A stretch of 64,000 nucleotides of DNA from Candidatus Nomurabacteria bacterium (GTDB taxonomy: Bacteria; Patescibacteriota; Minisyncoccia; Phycocordibacterales; UBA918). Positions within the stretch are counted from its first letter, which is position 1. The number at the start of each line of letters is the position of its first letter. The translations under genes and the position numbers were made by a program. The notes under the pieces are model-generated. The model made no database searches and was not told where the DNA came from. It saw only the letters and a list, made by a program, of their open reading frames with translations. Below, piece by piece: positions 26,675 to 36,628 of this stretch. Location of the stretch: NCBI GenBank assembly GCA_023898525.1, contig CP060227.1, positions 301,634 through 365,633 of the forward strand. Direction: 5' to 3'.

Positions 26675-29545
26675 TTAAGCGTGGGTTACCACCTTAACAG
26701 CTTTCATGATTGCCACCTTTACCGCTGAAGCCTCATCGGTATAAGTACCATCAAGTGCGCCCGTCAAAGCTTTGATCATATCAAGTAATTGTTCATCTGA
26801 CAGACTTTCAGTTTCTTTAAGCAACATATCAGAAACCACTTCCTTATTTCCTTTTCGAGTTCGATAAACAGAATCCAGGTCAGCCGCCGCATCAGCTAGA
26901 GCAAACATTGGTCGGTGACCAATCATTTCGTAAGCAGCAACTACGTTACCGGTTACTATTGCCTCAGCTAGTGAACCAGATCCTTCTGGCATAACGGTTG
27001 GAATAAACTGAGTCGCTTTTTCGGCTACCTGAAACAATCCACTGTCTTTACATAAATCAATCATTCTTTTTTCGTTTATCACAATCCATCCTTCCTCTGC
27101 CGGAATCTGTGATTTAGCCGCCTTGATAATTTGACTAAGTATATTTAGTCGCTCATCAACCTCATCCACCTTACCAACAAAATGACGAATCGCATCACTT
27201 GATAAGAGCACGTGCTCTGTGTGGGCATAATTTTCAATTCGTGTAACTTCCTCATCATCAATCATATGAGCAGAAGTTTCAGCAGATGAAACATTGTCTT
27301 CTAAATTAGCATATCCAATAACGGGTGCAATTGGTAGGTTCGCCGGAACTGCGGACTCAACTACCGCTGTATCAGTTTTAGAAGTGTCAGCACCAACATT
27401 TTCAACCACCGTGGTTGGAGAGATATTATTTGAACCAGAATTTGTTAACTTAATATTATTTGTCGTTACCAACTTGTCATCATCATACAAGGTTGGACGA
27501 ACAACCATCAGGTAAGCAATGTATAGAGCCCAAAGCATTAGTAGTGTGTAGAAGAGTACGGTTAGTATTGGTCCAGCCTCAAAACCAGTATATGGTACTT
27601 CAGCTAATGAAATACTAGCAATTAAAGGCTGTTGATCACGCACCTGTTTTACCACAATAGTGTCACCTTCTACCTCAACCTTAGCGGTACAAATACGATC
27701 TCTTGAACCACGTTCTACGTTCATTGTGTAAGTCGTATCTTTAGTCGGACTTAGGGTTAGAGAACCATCAAACAAGCCAATTTTGTCTTTACTAAGCTTA
27801 TCCTCAGTAGTAACCAATACTTCTCCACTATCATCAACAATCTTTAGCTCGGTAGCACGGCTACTTTTCCAAACTAACTCAATCTCCTCACCGTGCTTTA
27901 TTTTCACATCAGACACAGAAAGTTCACAAGTCGGAGAAGATGAACCGCCTCCGCCTCCGCCACCAGAAGTTACTACTACCGGAATTGGACAAGAGATTGT
28001 GTCGATACCATCAGTCGCTGTTAAAGTATAAGTAGTATCAGAAGTTGGAGACACAGAGATTGAACCGCTCAAGCTGGTTGAATTAATACCCCCATCAAAA
28101 CTTAAGCTGGTAACACCGGTTGTGCTCCAAGCTAGAGTTGCCGCTTGCCCTCTTTTAATACTAGCCGGACTCATTGATAAGTTAACATTATTAGCACAAG
28201 ATAAAGGAATTGGTGTACTTTCAACTGTAATTTCAGAAGTACAACTCACAGTCTCTCCATTAGTACCAAGGACATCTAATTGATAAGTTTTATTAGCTGT
28301 GAGAGCACCTGTGTTCTCTGTGCCGTCAAAAGCTACATTACCAAGGTCAGTCAAAACCGCTGAAGTTGCATTGGTTGTGGTCCAAATCAGATCAACTGAT
28401 TCACCGCTAGCAATTGTTTTCGTCGCTGGAGACAAAGTACAAGCCGGAGCAAGAACTGGCGGTTCCTCAACTGTTAGAGTAACTGAACAAGTATCCCGTT
28501 TGTCATCATCACCAAAGGCGGTGAGTAGATATTCAGTAGTTGCAAGAGGGGTCACAGAAAGAGTTCCGGTAGCAGATACTTCACCAATACCGTTATCAAT
28601 GACAACTCGATTGGCATTTAAAGTAGACCAGTTTAAATCAGCTGAATTACCTTTAAGCAAAGCGTCAGGAGTCGCGTTTAAAAATTCACACTTAGGAGCT
28701 GGGACTTCACAAGCATATCCGACAGTAGTCTCAACAGTATTACTATATGACCAATCATTGAAGTTATTTAATTCTTTAGCCGTAGCTTTGGCAGTGTTTT
28801 CTACTACCACATAAGTATCACAAGCTAGACCATCAACCACTTTACCGGTCCAAGTTATAGTTCCTTCTTCTCCAGGACTAAGTTCGTGACCATTCCACCA
28901 CAACTTTCGTGAGCTTGGTACATAAAGAGGAGTGCTCCCATAGCCAGCATCAAGGTTACTTGTATGTGTCTCACTTATAAAAGTAACGTTTTGATCCACA
29001 ACATCAAGAATACGTACTCCACCACCTGTACAATCAGTGGTTCCGGTATTTTTAATATTTATAGTGTAAGTTATCTCATCACCAGGATTAACCTTTGTTG
29101 AACTAACAGACTTTTCAAGGGTAAGTTCACAGTAAGCAGTCGCTGGTGGATTACCCATGTAATTTACCTGTACTTCAGAAGTACAGTTAGAATTACCGTC
29201 AGCTGACTCAGCGAACAAGGTGTAGGTGGTATCATTCTGCAGATCATCAATAGTAATAGTTCCTGACAGATTATTTAGCTCCTGACCATTTAGATAAACC
29301 TTAGCAAAACCGGTCACAGCCCAAGAAATATCTAAATCAGACCCAGCATAGATCTCATTTGAGCTAGCCGACAGGTCACAAGTACCAGCCACCCCGCCGG
29401 TACCATTGGTAGCCAAAGCACTACTTGGCAACAAAGAACCAAGTTCGTTGTTGGCATTATATGAACCGAAGTTCAAAACAGCAAAAACCAACACCATTAC
29501 AAAAGCGATTGGTGCCACCTTTTTGATATCAATAAAATTTTTCAT
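26675..29545 (-). CDS. Large type-I membrane surface protein with Ig-like/DUF11 repeats and a ~290-aa cytoplasmic C-terminal domain
   Basis: An N-terminal signal/TM (VAPIAFVMVLVFAVLNF) is followed by at least 6 repeats of ~85 aa (C...W.T...TY.LTA...C) and a DUF11-like segment (VNPGDEITYTINIKNTGTTDC). A Gly7 linker follows. The LAEVPYTG motif comes immediately before a TM helix (ILTVLFYTLLMLWALYIAYLMVV-RP), and a 290-aa domain of unknown fold lies after it. Confidence 0.7.
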   Translation of the reverse strand: MKNFIDIKKVAPIAFVMVLVFAVLNFGSYNANNELGSLLPSSALATNGTGGVAGTCDLSASSNEIYAGSDLDISWAVTGFAKVYLNGQELNNLSGTITIDDLQNDTTYTLFAESADGNSNCTSEVQVNYMGNPPATAYCELTLEKSVSSTKVNPGDEITYTINIKNTGTTDCTGGGVRILDVVDQNVTFISETHTSNLDAGYGSTPLYVPSSRKLWWNGHELSPGEEGTITWTGKVVDGLACDTYVVVENTAKATAKELNNFNDWSYSNTVETTVGYACEVPAPKCEFLNATPDALLKGNSADLNWSTLNANRVVIDNGIGEVSATGTLSVTPLATTEYLLTAFGDDDKRDTCSVTLTVEEPPVLAPACTLSPATKTIASGESVDLIWTTTNATSAVLTDLGNVAFDGTENTGALTANKTYQLDVLGTNGETVSCTSEITVESTPIPLSCANNVNLSMSPASIKRGQAATLAWSTTGVTSLSFDGGINSTSLSGSISVSPTSDTTYTLTATDGIDTISCPIPVVVTSGGGGGGGSSSPTCELSVSDVKIKHGEEIELVWKSSRATELKIVDDSGEVLVTTEDKLSKDKIGLFDGSLTLSPTKDTTYTMNVERGSRDRICTAKVEVEGDTIVVKQVRDQQPLIASISLAEVPYTGFEAGPILTVLFYTLLMLWALYIAYLMVVRPTLYDDDKLVTTNNIKLTNSGSNNISPTTVVENVGADTSKTDTAVVESAVPANLPIAPVIGYANLEDNVSSAETSAHMIDDEEVTRIENYAHTEHVLLSSDAIRHFVGKVDEVDERLNILSQIIKAAKSQIPAEEGWIVINEKRMIDLCKDSGLFQVAEKATQFIPTVMPEGSGSLAEAIVTGNVVAAYEMIGHRPMFALADAAADLDSVYRTRKGNKEVVSDMLLKETESLSDEQLLDMIKALTGALDGTYTDEASAVKVAIMKAVKVVTHA

Positions 29546-29764
29546 ATCTTCTATAATATAAATTTATAAGTTCTATACCCTCACCTACACCTTAAGTACG
29601 CAAGAGTAACAGAAACCACAAATTACCACTCAAAAGAACGGTTGTATTACTGTCCCGAGCTGGTTTAGCAGACAGTTACTTGTGAAAATACTTAGTTTAG
29701 AACAGTAATCTTTTTCCTTATAAACAAACGCTAGTTGATTTTTATAAGTTTGTCAATAGGGCTT

Positions 29765-30478
29765 TTATAAAGCTCTCACCTCAGAAAGTTCAGCCTCAAT
29801 AATAAATCTGTCGTCTACCGAGCCAAAACTGTTACAAGTAGCCAAGACAAGTTTTTGTGTCTCACCAGCAATTGGGACACTAGCGTTGGCTGCGTAAGCT
29901 TTGTATACTTTATTTACCTTGTACACGTACTCATCTTGACCTGACTGAAGCCTTACAACGTCTCCCCACTTGAGGTTTTGTATGCCGTTGAAAGCTTTAA
30001 AATTTTTATTGTTTACCACCGGCAAATAACTGGAGTGTCCTAAAATAAACACCGTACCATTTTGATCCAAAGTAGCCGAGTCAGGATGTCTAACTGCTCC
30101 GTCCAGCAAAGCGTTGTCTAAATCATGAACTGATCTTGAAGTTGGATTAGCAACTTGGATGGTTTTATCAAGAGTGTCGAAAATAATTTTTTCAGGCTTC
30201 ACATTTTGGATTGTTGAAACTATGGGTGTTGAAGTGTCCTCTATGACATCAACTTCACTGACACCTGCGTCATTTACAGTAAAACCGGACAAACCGGATT
30301 CCTCAACAGAATCATCTTTATTTATCTGATCGGAAGAAATCGGTTCTGGTAAAAAATCAAACCAAGCTAGAACAGCGTATGAAATTAAAAATACTATGAA
30401 AAAGGTAGTTACAAATGCAACTTTTTTTTCTAAGATTATATCCATAATTTCTGACTGATCCTGACTAGTTTTTTCCAT
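29765..30478 (-). CDS. Sortase-family transpeptidase
   Basis: N-terminal membrane anchor; His in FILGHSS; catalytic Cys in the TLxTC-like LVLATCNSF; the Arg of DRFIIEA. It lies directly upstream of the 956-aa surface protein on the same strand. Confidence 0.82.
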   Translation of the reverse strand: MEKTSQDQSEIMDIILEKKVAFVTTFFIVFLISYAVLAWFDFLPEPISSDQINKDDSVEESGLSGFTVNDAGVSEVDVIEDTSTPIVSTIQNVKPEKIIFDTLDKTIQVANPTSRSVHDLDNALLDGAVRHPDSATLDQNGTVFILGHSSYLPVVNNKNFKAFNGIQNLKWGDVVRLQSGQDEYVYKVNKVYKAYAANASVPIAGETQKLVLATCNSFGSVDDRFIIEAELSEVRAL

Positions 30479-30621
30479 ATAAATTATTACTAAATGACAT
30501 TAATATATATAACATATTTTATTTTGTTTGTCAATGCAACATTTTTAATAAATGTCTATACTACTGATAATATAAGCCTTGGTCTTGACAGACTAGTTTA
30601 AATATAGTATTATAAAAAGAT

Positions 30622-31692
30622 ATGACAAACACAACTGAAAATCCAAATGACTCCAAAAAAGGTGCACAGAAGCTGATTATGGCAGCTGGGCTGATAGCTA
30701 TTATAGTATTCTTTGCTTGGTCTGCAGTTCAAATTGTAAAAATATTCCCTACTGCTGTCAGCTCATTAGCTTCACTGGCAGATAATGTCTATAATTACAG
30801 AGAAGGAGATAAAAAACAAACTATCTCTGCTACATCTGACCGCAGTATTATGAACAGTGGTGAATCCCTAGAGGTGTGGTGGGAAAATACTAAAACATCA
30901 GGTACTTATACCTTTAATTACGAATGTAAAGATGGTGTGGCTATCGACATTAAAACGACCGATAAGGAATTCGTGAGTCTGAGTTGTGGCAGTTCCTACG
31001 ATCTTGGACTTGTCGATCGATTAGAAATGCAAGTCGATTCAGAAAAGGCCCGCTTTGCTGAAATAGCCTACACAATATCTTACATCAAGAACAATTCCTC
31101 AGAACCAGATTCTTCACAGACTAAAAGTATATCCGTTTTAAACACCAACATAGCCGAAACGGAGTCTATTACCGATACCGACACTCAATCTGAGAATGAG
31201 AACAAGCCTGAAGAGGCACCTAGCGATACAACAACAGAACCTACAGAAACCAAGGAGACTGTATCTACGCAACCAAAGCCTGTCATACCAACTGAAACAG
31301 TATATACCTACGCTATACCTGTATCAGATCCAAACGGGAGTACTGACTTAGTCGTAAGTGATCTTAAAATTGGTGTTGAAAATAATACAGATACTTTTAT
31401 AGAAACCAATAGCATAATACAGGATATACCAGGTGTAATTAAATTCACCGTACATAATATTGGCAACAAAACTTCTAACACTTGGGTTTTCGAGGTGGAA
31501 CTACCTGGCAATGTAACTTACAAGTCAGACGATCAAGACCCATTAAAACCTAATGAAAGGGCTATCATCACCATTAATTTCCCAGCGGTTAATGAAATTG
31601 GTAAAGACTCAATCTCAATTCAAACCTTTACTAGAAGTGACGCCAATATAACCAACAACTATCTCAACGAATCAGTTACCGTAACCCAGTAG
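30622..31692 (+). CDS. Membrane-anchored secreted protein with a Thr/Glu/Pro-rich linker and a CARDB-like C-terminal domain
   Basis: N-terminal TM (LIMAAGLIAIIVFFAW), a low-complexity linker (TEPTETKETVSTQPKP), and C-terminal DLVVSDLKIG...FTVHNIGNKTSNTWVFEV, which resembles a CARDB/adhesion beta-sandwich. Confidence 0.5.
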   Translation: MTNTTENPNDSKKGAQKLIMAAGLIAIIVFFAWSAVQIVKIFPTAVSSLASLADNVYNYREGDKKQTISATSDRSIMNSGESLEVWWENTKTSGTYTFNYECKDGVAIDIKTTDKEFVSLSCGSSYDLGLVDRLEMQVDSEKARFAEIAYTISYIKNNSSEPDSSQTKSISVLNTNIAETESITDTDTQSENENKPEEAPSDTTTEPTETKETVSTQPKPVIPTETVYTYAIPVSDPNGSTDLVVSDLKIGVENNTDTFIETNSIIQDIPGVIKFTVHNIGNKTSNTWVFEVELPGNVTYKSDDQDPLKPNERAIITINFPAVNEIGKDSISIQTFTRSDANITNNYLNESVTVTQ

Positions 31693-31698
31693 AAACAT

Positions 31699-31727
31699 AA
31701 AAAGACCGCCCTAAGGCGGTCTTTTTA
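31699..31727. terminator. Bidirectional terminator (aaagaccgcc/ggcggtcttt)
   Basis: A 10-bp stem with flanking A and T tracts, between the convergent 30622..31692 gene and gyrB. Confidence 0.6.
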
Positions 31728-31748
31728 TGTATTCTGTATTTGTCCAAA

Positions 31749-33818
31749 CTAAATATCCAAATTGGCCATCTTAGCATTGGACTGAATAAATGACTTTCGA
31801 CTAGAAACGTCAGTCCCCATAAGGATATCAAACACCTTGTCGGCCATTTGTGCATCATCGATAGTAACTTGCTTTAAGATACGAAACTCTGGATTCATAG
31901 TAGTTTCCCACAGCTCATCAGCATTCATTTCACCCAAACCTTTGTAGCGTTGAATTCTAACCTTAGTATTCTTCTTGCTGACCTCAGCTTCTGCTTCCCC
32001 CTCCGAATCTTCTTCTGTCACCTCTTCTTCATCTACAGTTACTCCCATATCTGTTAATATCCTGAATTTTTCCTCGTCGTCAAAAGCGTAGTGCATTTCT
32101 TTGCCGCGCTGGATTTTGTACAAAGGAGGTTGTGCGATATAGATAAAACCACCTTCAATCAGAGGTTTGAAGTACCGATAAAATAAAGTCAGAAGCAGGG
32201 TTCTAATATGAGCTCCGTCAACATCAGCGTCAGTAGCAATAATGATTTTGTGATAACGCAGTTTAGAAATATCAAACACGTCACCAATTGCAGTACCAAG
32301 AGCAATCACCACATTTTTAATTTGCTCTGAAGCCAGCATTTTATCAATACGAGCACGCTCCACATTGAGAATCTTACCGCGCAGTGCCAAAATAGCCTGA
32401 GTCTTTCGATCACGTCCCATTTTAGCTGAACCACCAGCTGAGTCTCCCTCTACCACAAACAGCTCTGAGTCTTCCGCTTTCTTACTTTGACAATCAGCCA
32501 GCTTACCTGGCAAAGACATTCCTTCAAGCGCACCTTTACGAAGCACACTGTCCTTGGCCGCTTTGGCTGCTTTTCTGGCTTTAACTGCAATAATAACTTT
32601 ATTGATAATAGCTTTAGCATCGTCAGGGTTCTCTTCTAAGTAAGTTGCGAAAGCTTCACCAAACACTGTCTCAACCGCTCCTCTCGCCTCTACCGAACCC
32701 AGCTTGGCCTTGGTCTGACCCTCAAACTGAATTTCGGGCATTTTGACCGACACTACTGCAGTGATACCCTCTAACACATCGTCTCCGGTAAAACTGGTGT
32801 CTTTGTCCTTGACGGAAAAGAAATTATTTTTCTTAGCGTAGTTATTGAGAGTACGAGTAAGCGCGGTTTTAAATCCGGTTACATGTGTGCCATGCTCTGG
32901 GTTATAGATGTTATTAGCGAAAGCCGAGATTCGAGCGGAAATATCGTCAACATACTGTACCGCTACCTCAACCGACATTACCATCTCATCAATATCATTC
33001 TTCTCAACGTAAAAAATATTTTTATGAACTGGTTTTTGGTAATGATTATTAAAAGCTACCAATGATTTAAGTCCACCTTCAAAATAAAAATGTTGCTGTG
33101 GTACTTCTAAACGATCGTCGCTTAGGTACTGTTTCCCTTTCAGATCAAGCTTCTTCTGCTCGGCTTCACTCATCTCCCTAGCATCAAGCACAGATATTTT
33201 CATTGCTTTTACCAAGTAAGCTTGCTGACGTAAGTGATTTACAATTCGTTTAAAATCATAATTGATTTCTTTAAAAATTATTGGGTCGGCTTGGAAAGTT
33301 ATGATTGTACCCTGCAATTTTGATGGTCCAACTTTTTTTACTTTAGCCTTTGGCTTACCGATGTTGTACTCTTGCATATAATATCCGCCGTCACGATGCA
33401 CTTCGGCAATAACGTGAGTTGAAAGTGCGTTTACCACTGAGACACCTACACCATGAAGACCACCAGATACTTTATAGCCTTCTCCGCCAAACTTACCTCC
33501 AGCATGAAGAGTGGTTAGAATGGTTTCCAAAGCAGAAACTTTTGTCTGTTTGTGTACATCAACCGGAATACCACGTCCGTTGTCTACCACACGAATATAG
33601 TTATCAGGTAGGAGAGTGACCTCCACCCGATCAGCAAAACCACCCATCGCTTCATCGCGTGAGTTATCAAACACCTCCCAAATCAAGTGATGGAGACCGT
33701 CTGGACCGGTAGTACCGATGTACATTCCCGGACGCTTACGAACCGGCTCCAATCCTTCCAAAACAGAGATAGATGAAGCATCATATCCTCCTTTCTTTTT
33801 ATCTTTTTTATCTGCCAT
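31749..33818 (-). CDS. gyrB: DNA gyrase subunit B (short form, 689 aa)
   Basis: GHKL ATPase motifs (VVDNGRGIP, GLHGVGVSVVNALS), a Toprim domain (EGDSAGGSAK), and the C-terminal NPEFRILKQVTIDDA. Confidence 0.93.
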   Translation of the reverse strand: MADKKDKKKGGYDASSISVLEGLEPVRKRPGMYIGTTGPDGLHHLIWEVFDNSRDEAMGGFADRVEVTLLPDNYIRVVDNGRGIPVDVHKQTKVSALETILTTLHAGGKFGGEGYKVSGGLHGVGVSVVNALSTHVIAEVHRDGGYYMQEYNIGKPKAKVKKVGPSKLQGTIITFQADPIIFKEINYDFKRIVNHLRQQAYLVKAMKISVLDAREMSEAEQKKLDLKGKQYLSDDRLEVPQQHFYFEGGLKSLVAFNNHYQKPVHKNIFYVEKNDIDEMVMSVEVAVQYVDDISARISAFANNIYNPEHGTHVTGFKTALTRTLNNYAKKNNFFSVKDKDTSFTGDDVLEGITAVVSVKMPEIQFEGQTKAKLGSVEARGAVETVFGEAFATYLEENPDDAKAIINKVIIAVKARKAAKAAKDSVLRKGALEGMSLPGKLADCQSKKAEDSELFVVEGDSAGGSAKMGRDRKTQAILALRGKILNVERARIDKMLASEQIKNVVIALGTAIGDVFDISKLRYHKIIIATDADVDGAHIRTLLLTLFYRYFKPLIEGGFIYIAQPPLYKIQRGKEMHYAFDDEEKFRILTDMGVTVDEEEVTEEDSEGEAEAEVSKKNTKVRIQRYKGLGEMNADELWETTMNPEFRILKQVTIDDAQMADKVFDILMGTDVSSRKSFIQSNAKMANLDI

Positions 33819-33887
33819 GCTGAATTATTAAAACGTTAAAATATGGGGTTATTATAGCAGATAAATAACTGATTGTCTGGTTGATTT

Positions 33888-33938
33888 TATAAGAAAATAA
33901 GGGCAAAAAACAAAGTTTTTTGCCCTTATTTTCTTATA
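33888..33938. terminator. Long perfect palindrome (24-bp stem) downstream of pheT and upstream of gyrB
   Basis: tataagaaaataagggcaaaaaac aaa gttttttgcccttattttcttata. Confidence 0.6.
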
Positions 33939-33946
33939 AAATCCAT

Positions 33947-35881
33947 CTACCTGGTATCAAATCCAGCTTTTTCTACCGCTCGGTAAACAGCAGCCATATA
34001 CGGCTCTACCTCATCATCAGTTAAAGTCTTTTCATATGACTGAAAAACTAATCTAAACGCATAGGAGATCCGCCCATCTTTAGCAAATTCATCAAACAAA
34101 GTGATTCTTTCGCACAATTCTCCTGCCCCGTCTTTCAAAATCCTACCTATGCTATCTATATCGGTATTTTCCGGCACCCACATAGCAATATCACGAACAA
34201 TCGCTGGATAAACTGAAAATGGTTTGTAGGTTATATCCGATAAAGGGACATTCGGTTCGTACTTGGTAGGCTCTGGCAAAGCAGAAATAAGCTTATCCAG
34301 ATTCGTCTCACATATACCCTGTTTGGCACCCACCCCTATTTCCAGTCCAGCCTCTATTAGGGCTTTTATCGCCTCATTTACTATCACATCATCTTTTGCT
34401 GAGTAACCGGTTTTTTTAACTCTCGCCCCGATTGTCAAAACTACATGTTCTCTTGCTTTACCTTTATCATCTTTAGTAAAGACTGTACCAATCTCAAACA
34501 TCCGTACATCACGTAACCCAAGAATATCGACATTTTGTATATTGAGAGCTAGCGCTTCTTCAATAGCAGGTATAATACTTGACCGTAGATATTCCTTATC
34601 ACTAGCCAAAGCATTTTGTAAATGTATTTGATCTTTCTTTCTAAAGGACGAAGTCATTACTTCGGAGAAGCCTAATTCACCCAAAATTTTTCTTATCTTT
34701 TCACTGTAGTAGTGATTAGCATTTATTTCTGCTAACGGTAGATTTTCTGGAGTAATTGAAACAATATTTGAAAGGCCGTAAATTCTCCCTATTTCATCTA
34801 TATAGTTTTCCTCGATAGTTAGATCCACTCTCTCCTTTGGTGCTGTCACCAACCAACCAGACTCAGATTCACTGATTTCTGCCCCTAACCTAAATAAAAC
34901 ATCTTTCATAAAGGACTCCTCTAGAGATAAACCAAGCACCTTATTTACTCTATCTGGATGAACCGTAACTACCGACTCAGCTTGTACCATCGGATACTGA
35001 TCGGAAACACCCTTAAGTTCCCCGCTGGCAATTTCAGTGATCAATTCCACAATTGTTCGCATTGCGTACGGTGGCAAGGTGCTAGAAACTTCATTTTCAA
35101 ATCTTTTAGAGGCATCGGTCAGAATACCCAAGGCTCTAGCTGTTTTCCTAGTCAAGGTTGAATTAAAATTAGCTGCTTCTAAAATAATATTAGTCGTACC
35201 TTCATGTAAGCCGGCGTAAGTCCCGCCTTTTATACCAGCCAAAGCTACTGCCTGATCACTTTCCCCATTTACCACTAAAAGCTCGGTACCTTTAAGATCA
35301 ACCTCACGATCTTCCGCGCCGGTTTTTTCCGGTAATAGTTTCACTATCTCCCCAGCCTTGGCTCGTCTAATCACAAAATTCCACTTGTCATCTTTTTTAG
35401 AAAAGGTGTCTGAGTCATAAACATGCATCGGTTGACCGAGTCCAAACATCACATAGTTGGTAGCATCAACAATATTATTGATAGACCTTTGTCCGAGAGT
35501 CTCAAGTCTTTCTTTTAGCCACTTTGGTGATGGGCCTACTTTAACTCCCTCCATAAGAGCCAGCATGAAGCGTGAACAGTCGGCCTTATCTTCAATCTCA
35601 ATTTTAAAATCATCTAAAACAGGTAATTCTGTCTCGTCTTTCAACTGATCTACGACCAGGGGTTTGTTGAGCAAAACAGCAAGCTCAAGGGCTATTCCTC
35701 GATGAGACAAACAGCTACTGGCTCGATCCGGCAAAACATTAACCTCGATTTGAGTATCGCCCCCCACCTTTTCTGTACCCTCTATTTCAAACGCATGAAA
35801 AGTCAGAAGCTCCACCACCTCATCAACCGATGGTAAATCTTCTCCCAAATAATCCTTTAACCAATTATAAGATACCAACAT
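33947..35881 (-). CDS. pheT: Phenylalanyl-tRNA synthetase beta subunit (short form)
   Basis: N-terminus MLVSYNWLKDYL, plus the B3/4 and B5 domains. 644 aa, lacking the N-terminal tRNA-binding extension. Confidence 0.88.
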   Translation of the reverse strand: MLVSYNWLKDYLGEDLPSVDEVVELLTFHAFEIEGTEKVGGDTQIEVNVLPDRASSCLSHRGIALELAVLLNKPLVVDQLKDETELPVLDDFKIEIEDKADCSRFMLALMEGVKVGPSPKWLKERLETLGQRSINNIVDATNYVMFGLGQPMHVYDSDTFSKKDDKWNFVIRRAKAGEIVKLLPEKTGAEDREVDLKGTELLVVNGESDQAVALAGIKGGTYAGLHEGTTNIILEAANFNSTLTRKTARALGILTDASKRFENEVSSTLPPYAMRTIVELITEIASGELKGVSDQYPMVQAESVVTVHPDRVNKVLGLSLEESFMKDVLFRLGAEISESESGWLVTAPKERVDLTIEENYIDEIGRIYGLSNIVSITPENLPLAEINANHYYSEKIRKILGELGFSEVMTSSFRKKDQIHLQNALASDKEYLRSSIIPAIEEALALNIQNVDILGLRDVRMFEIGTVFTKDDKGKAREHVVLTIGARVKKTGYSAKDDVIVNEAIKALIEAGLEIGVGAKQGICETNLDKLISALPEPTKYEPNVPLSDITYKPFSVYPAIVRDIAMWVPENTDIDSIGRILKDGAGELCERITLFDEFAKDGRISYAFRLVFQSYEKTLTDDEVEPYMAAVYRAVEKAGFDTR

Positions 35882-35890
35882 ACACCAACA

Positions 35891-36613
35891 TTAAAACTGA
35901 TTAACTAAACGCAAGTCACCAGCATAAAGATTTCTCACATCATCAATTCCGTACTTGATCATTATCAACCGATCGATACCACCACCAAAAGCATAGCCTG
36001 TGTATTTCTTTGGATCTATTCCTGACTCTTTAAGTACATTTGGGTGCACCATACCAGCCCCAAAAATCTCCACCCACTTCCCCTTGAGTTTGCTCTCCCC
36101 CGACAAAAGTCGCATATCAACCTCAAGACCAGGCTCTACAAATGGAAAGAAGCTAGGTCGAAAGCGTACCTCTACTTCGCCCTTCAAAAAGTTTGAGAAG
36201 AAATACTCCAACACTCCCTTTAGGTGTCCTAGATTTATCTCTTCGTCTACACAAAGACCTTCCAACTGATAAAACTGAGCCTCATGAGTAGCATCAGTCG
36301 CCTCATTACGAAAAACCTTTCCTGGCACAATAATACGAATCGGTGGTTTGTGGGTATCCATATAACGAGCCTGTACTGGTGAAGTATGAGTCCTAAGTAC
36401 AGTCGGCTCATCAACGTCTTCACTTTTTAGCCAAAAAGTATCTTGCATATCACGTGACGGATGATCCTTGGCTACGTTTAGTCGGTCAAAATTATAGTGC
36501 TCTTTCTCCATTTCCGGGCCTTCAGCTAAAGAAAAGCCAATGCGTGAAAAAATATCATTTATTTCAGCAATGGTAGCAGTTATAGGGTGTCGGTGTCCTG
36601 TCTTAGGTTGCAT
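35891..36613 (-). CDS. pheS: Phenylalanyl-tRNA synthetase alpha subunit (minimal 240-aa core)
   Basis: The class II catalytic core (HPSRDMQDTFWL, RTHTSPVQ, FRPSFFPFVEPG, GAGMVHPNVL) is present. The N-terminal coiled-coil is absent. Confidence 0.88.
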   Translation of the reverse strand: MQPKTGHRHPITATIAEINDIFSRIGFSLAEGPEMEKEHYNFDRLNVAKDHPSRDMQDTFWLKSEDVDEPTVLRTHTSPVQARYMDTHKPPIRIIVPGKVFRNEATDATHEAQFYQLEGLCVDEEINLGHLKGVLEYFFSNFLKGEVEVRFRPSFFPFVEPGLEVDMRLLSGESKLKGKWVEIFGAGMVHPNVLKESGIDPKKYTGYAFGGGIDRLIMIKYGIDDVRNLYAGDLRLVNQF

Positions 36614-36628
36614 ATTTTTATGTTAACA

